Assembly (NCBI GenBank): GCA_002269645.1
Contig: NIVC01000620.1
Coordinates: 248,001-312,000, forward strand
Source of the DNA: Macrostomum lignano
Taxonomy: Eukaryota
Reading direction: 5' to 3'
DNA length: 64,000 nt
Every line of letters begins with the position of its first letter. Position 1 is the stretch's first letter. Below are positions 62,598 through 64,000 of the stretch, piece after piece. The notes beneath the pieces were generated by a model that saw nothing but the letters and a program-made list of their open reading frames with translations, had not been told where the DNA came from and did no database searches. The position numbers and the translations under genes are program-made.

Positions 62598-64000
62598 TGT
62601 AAAAATCATAGAAGCCTCATATAAAAAATCATAGTAGCGTCATATAAAAATCATAGATGCGTCATTTAAAAAATCATAGAAGCGTCATATTAAAATCATA
62701 GATGCGTCATTTAAAAAATCATAGAAGCGTCATAATAACAATCATAGAAGCGTCATGTAAACAATCATAGAAGCGTCATGTAAACAATCATAGAAGCGTC
62801 ATGTAAACAATCATAGAAGCGTCATGTAAAAAATCATAGAAGCGTCATATAAAAATCATAGAAGCGTCATGTAAACAATCATAAAAAGCGTCATGTAAAC
62901 AATCATAGAAGCGTCATGTAAACAATCATAGAAGCGTCATGTAAAAAATCATAGAAATGCCATGTAAAAAATCATAGAAGCGTCATGTAAAAAATCATAG
63001 AAGCGTCATGTAAAAAATCATAGTAGCGTCATATAAAAATCATAGATGTGTCATTTAAAAAATCATAGAAGCGTCATGTAAAAAATCATAGTAGCGTCAT
63101 ATAAAAATCATAGATGCGTTATTTAAAAAATCATAGAAGCGTCATGTAAAAAATCGTAGAAGCGTCATATAAAAATCATAGAAGCGTCATTTAAAAAATC
63201 ATAGAAGCGTCATGTAAAAAATCACAGAAGCGTCATGTAAAAAATCATAGAAGCATCATGTAAACAATCATAGAAGCGTCATGTAAAAAATCATAGAAGC
63301 GTCATATAAAAATCATAGATGCGTCATTTAAAAAATCATAGAAGCGTCATAATAACAATCATAGAAGCGTCATGTAAACAATCATAGAAGCGTCATGTAA
63401 ACAATCATAGAAGCGTCATGTAAACAATCATAGAAGCGTCATGTAAACAATCGTAGAAGTGTCATGTAAAAAATCATAGAAGAGTCATGTTAACATTCAT
63501 AGAAGCGTCATGTAAACAATCATAGCGTCATGTAAACAATCATAGAAGCGTCATGTAAAAAATCATAGAAGCGTCATATAAAAATCATAGAAGCGTCATG
63601 TAAACAATCATAGAAGCGTCATGTAAACAATCATAGAAGCGTCATGTAAACAATCACAGAAGCGTCATGTAAAAAATCGTAGAAGCGTCATATAAAAATC
63701 ATAGAAGCGTCATGTAAAAAATCGTAGAAGCGTCATAATAACAATCATAGAAGCGTCATGTAAACAATCATAGAAGCGTCATGTAAAAAAATTATAAAAG
63801 CGTCATGTAAAAAATCATAGAAGCGTCATGTAAAAAATCATAGAAGCGTCATGTTAACAATCATAGAAGCATCATGTAAACAATCATAGAAGCATCATGT
63901 AAAAAATCATAGAAGCGTCATATAAAAAATCATAGAAGCGTCATGTAAAAAATCAGATAAGCGTCATGTAAACAATCATAGAAGCGTCATGTAAACAATC
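62598..64000. repeat. 23-bp satellite (aatcatagaagcgtcatgtaaaM), runs off the window
   Basis: About 60 units visible. Confidence 0.97.

Noticed and set aside
62598-64000. CRE/ATF half-sites (TGACGC) in the 23-bp satellite
   Set aside because: A short motif match is expected by chance in some array; no nearby gene is visible in the window to link it to.

Overview
Eukaryotic (animal) genomic DNA: intron-containing genes with GC-rich exons, AT-rich spacers and about 30 simple or minisatellite arrays. The style resembles a free-living flatworm such as Macrostomum, which is an inference. The left half (0.6-26 kb) is a co-oriented minus-strand cluster: TBCK (3 exons), COA1, a divergent 3-exon COA1-like paralog, five intronless 262-aa HPGD-like short-chain dehydrogenases, and an ABCH/ABCG23-type half transporter (6 exons visible, 3' end beyond the window). 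27-31 kb holds transposon debris: a decayed mariner, two MITEs and a Gypsy integrase fragment. About 33 kb holds a C-type lectin exon. 47.9-58.0 kb holds a 4-exon GATA1/2/3-class transcription factor on the plus strand. There is also a tRNA-derived SINE family (3 copies) and an RNase H/CCHC LINE remnant. Most long ORFs in the track over 15-, 20-, 24- and 28-bp arrays are repeat artefacts. The most notable observations are: (1) most introns contain a minisatellite, with a different one in each transporter intron; (2) a mosaic SDR array with a homogenised cofactor half and diversified substrate loops; (3) an operon-like junction in which AATAAA sits 19 nt before a 3' splice site and ATG micro-exon; (4) a tandem COA1 duplication. 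All gene models were spliced by eye and no database searches were run.
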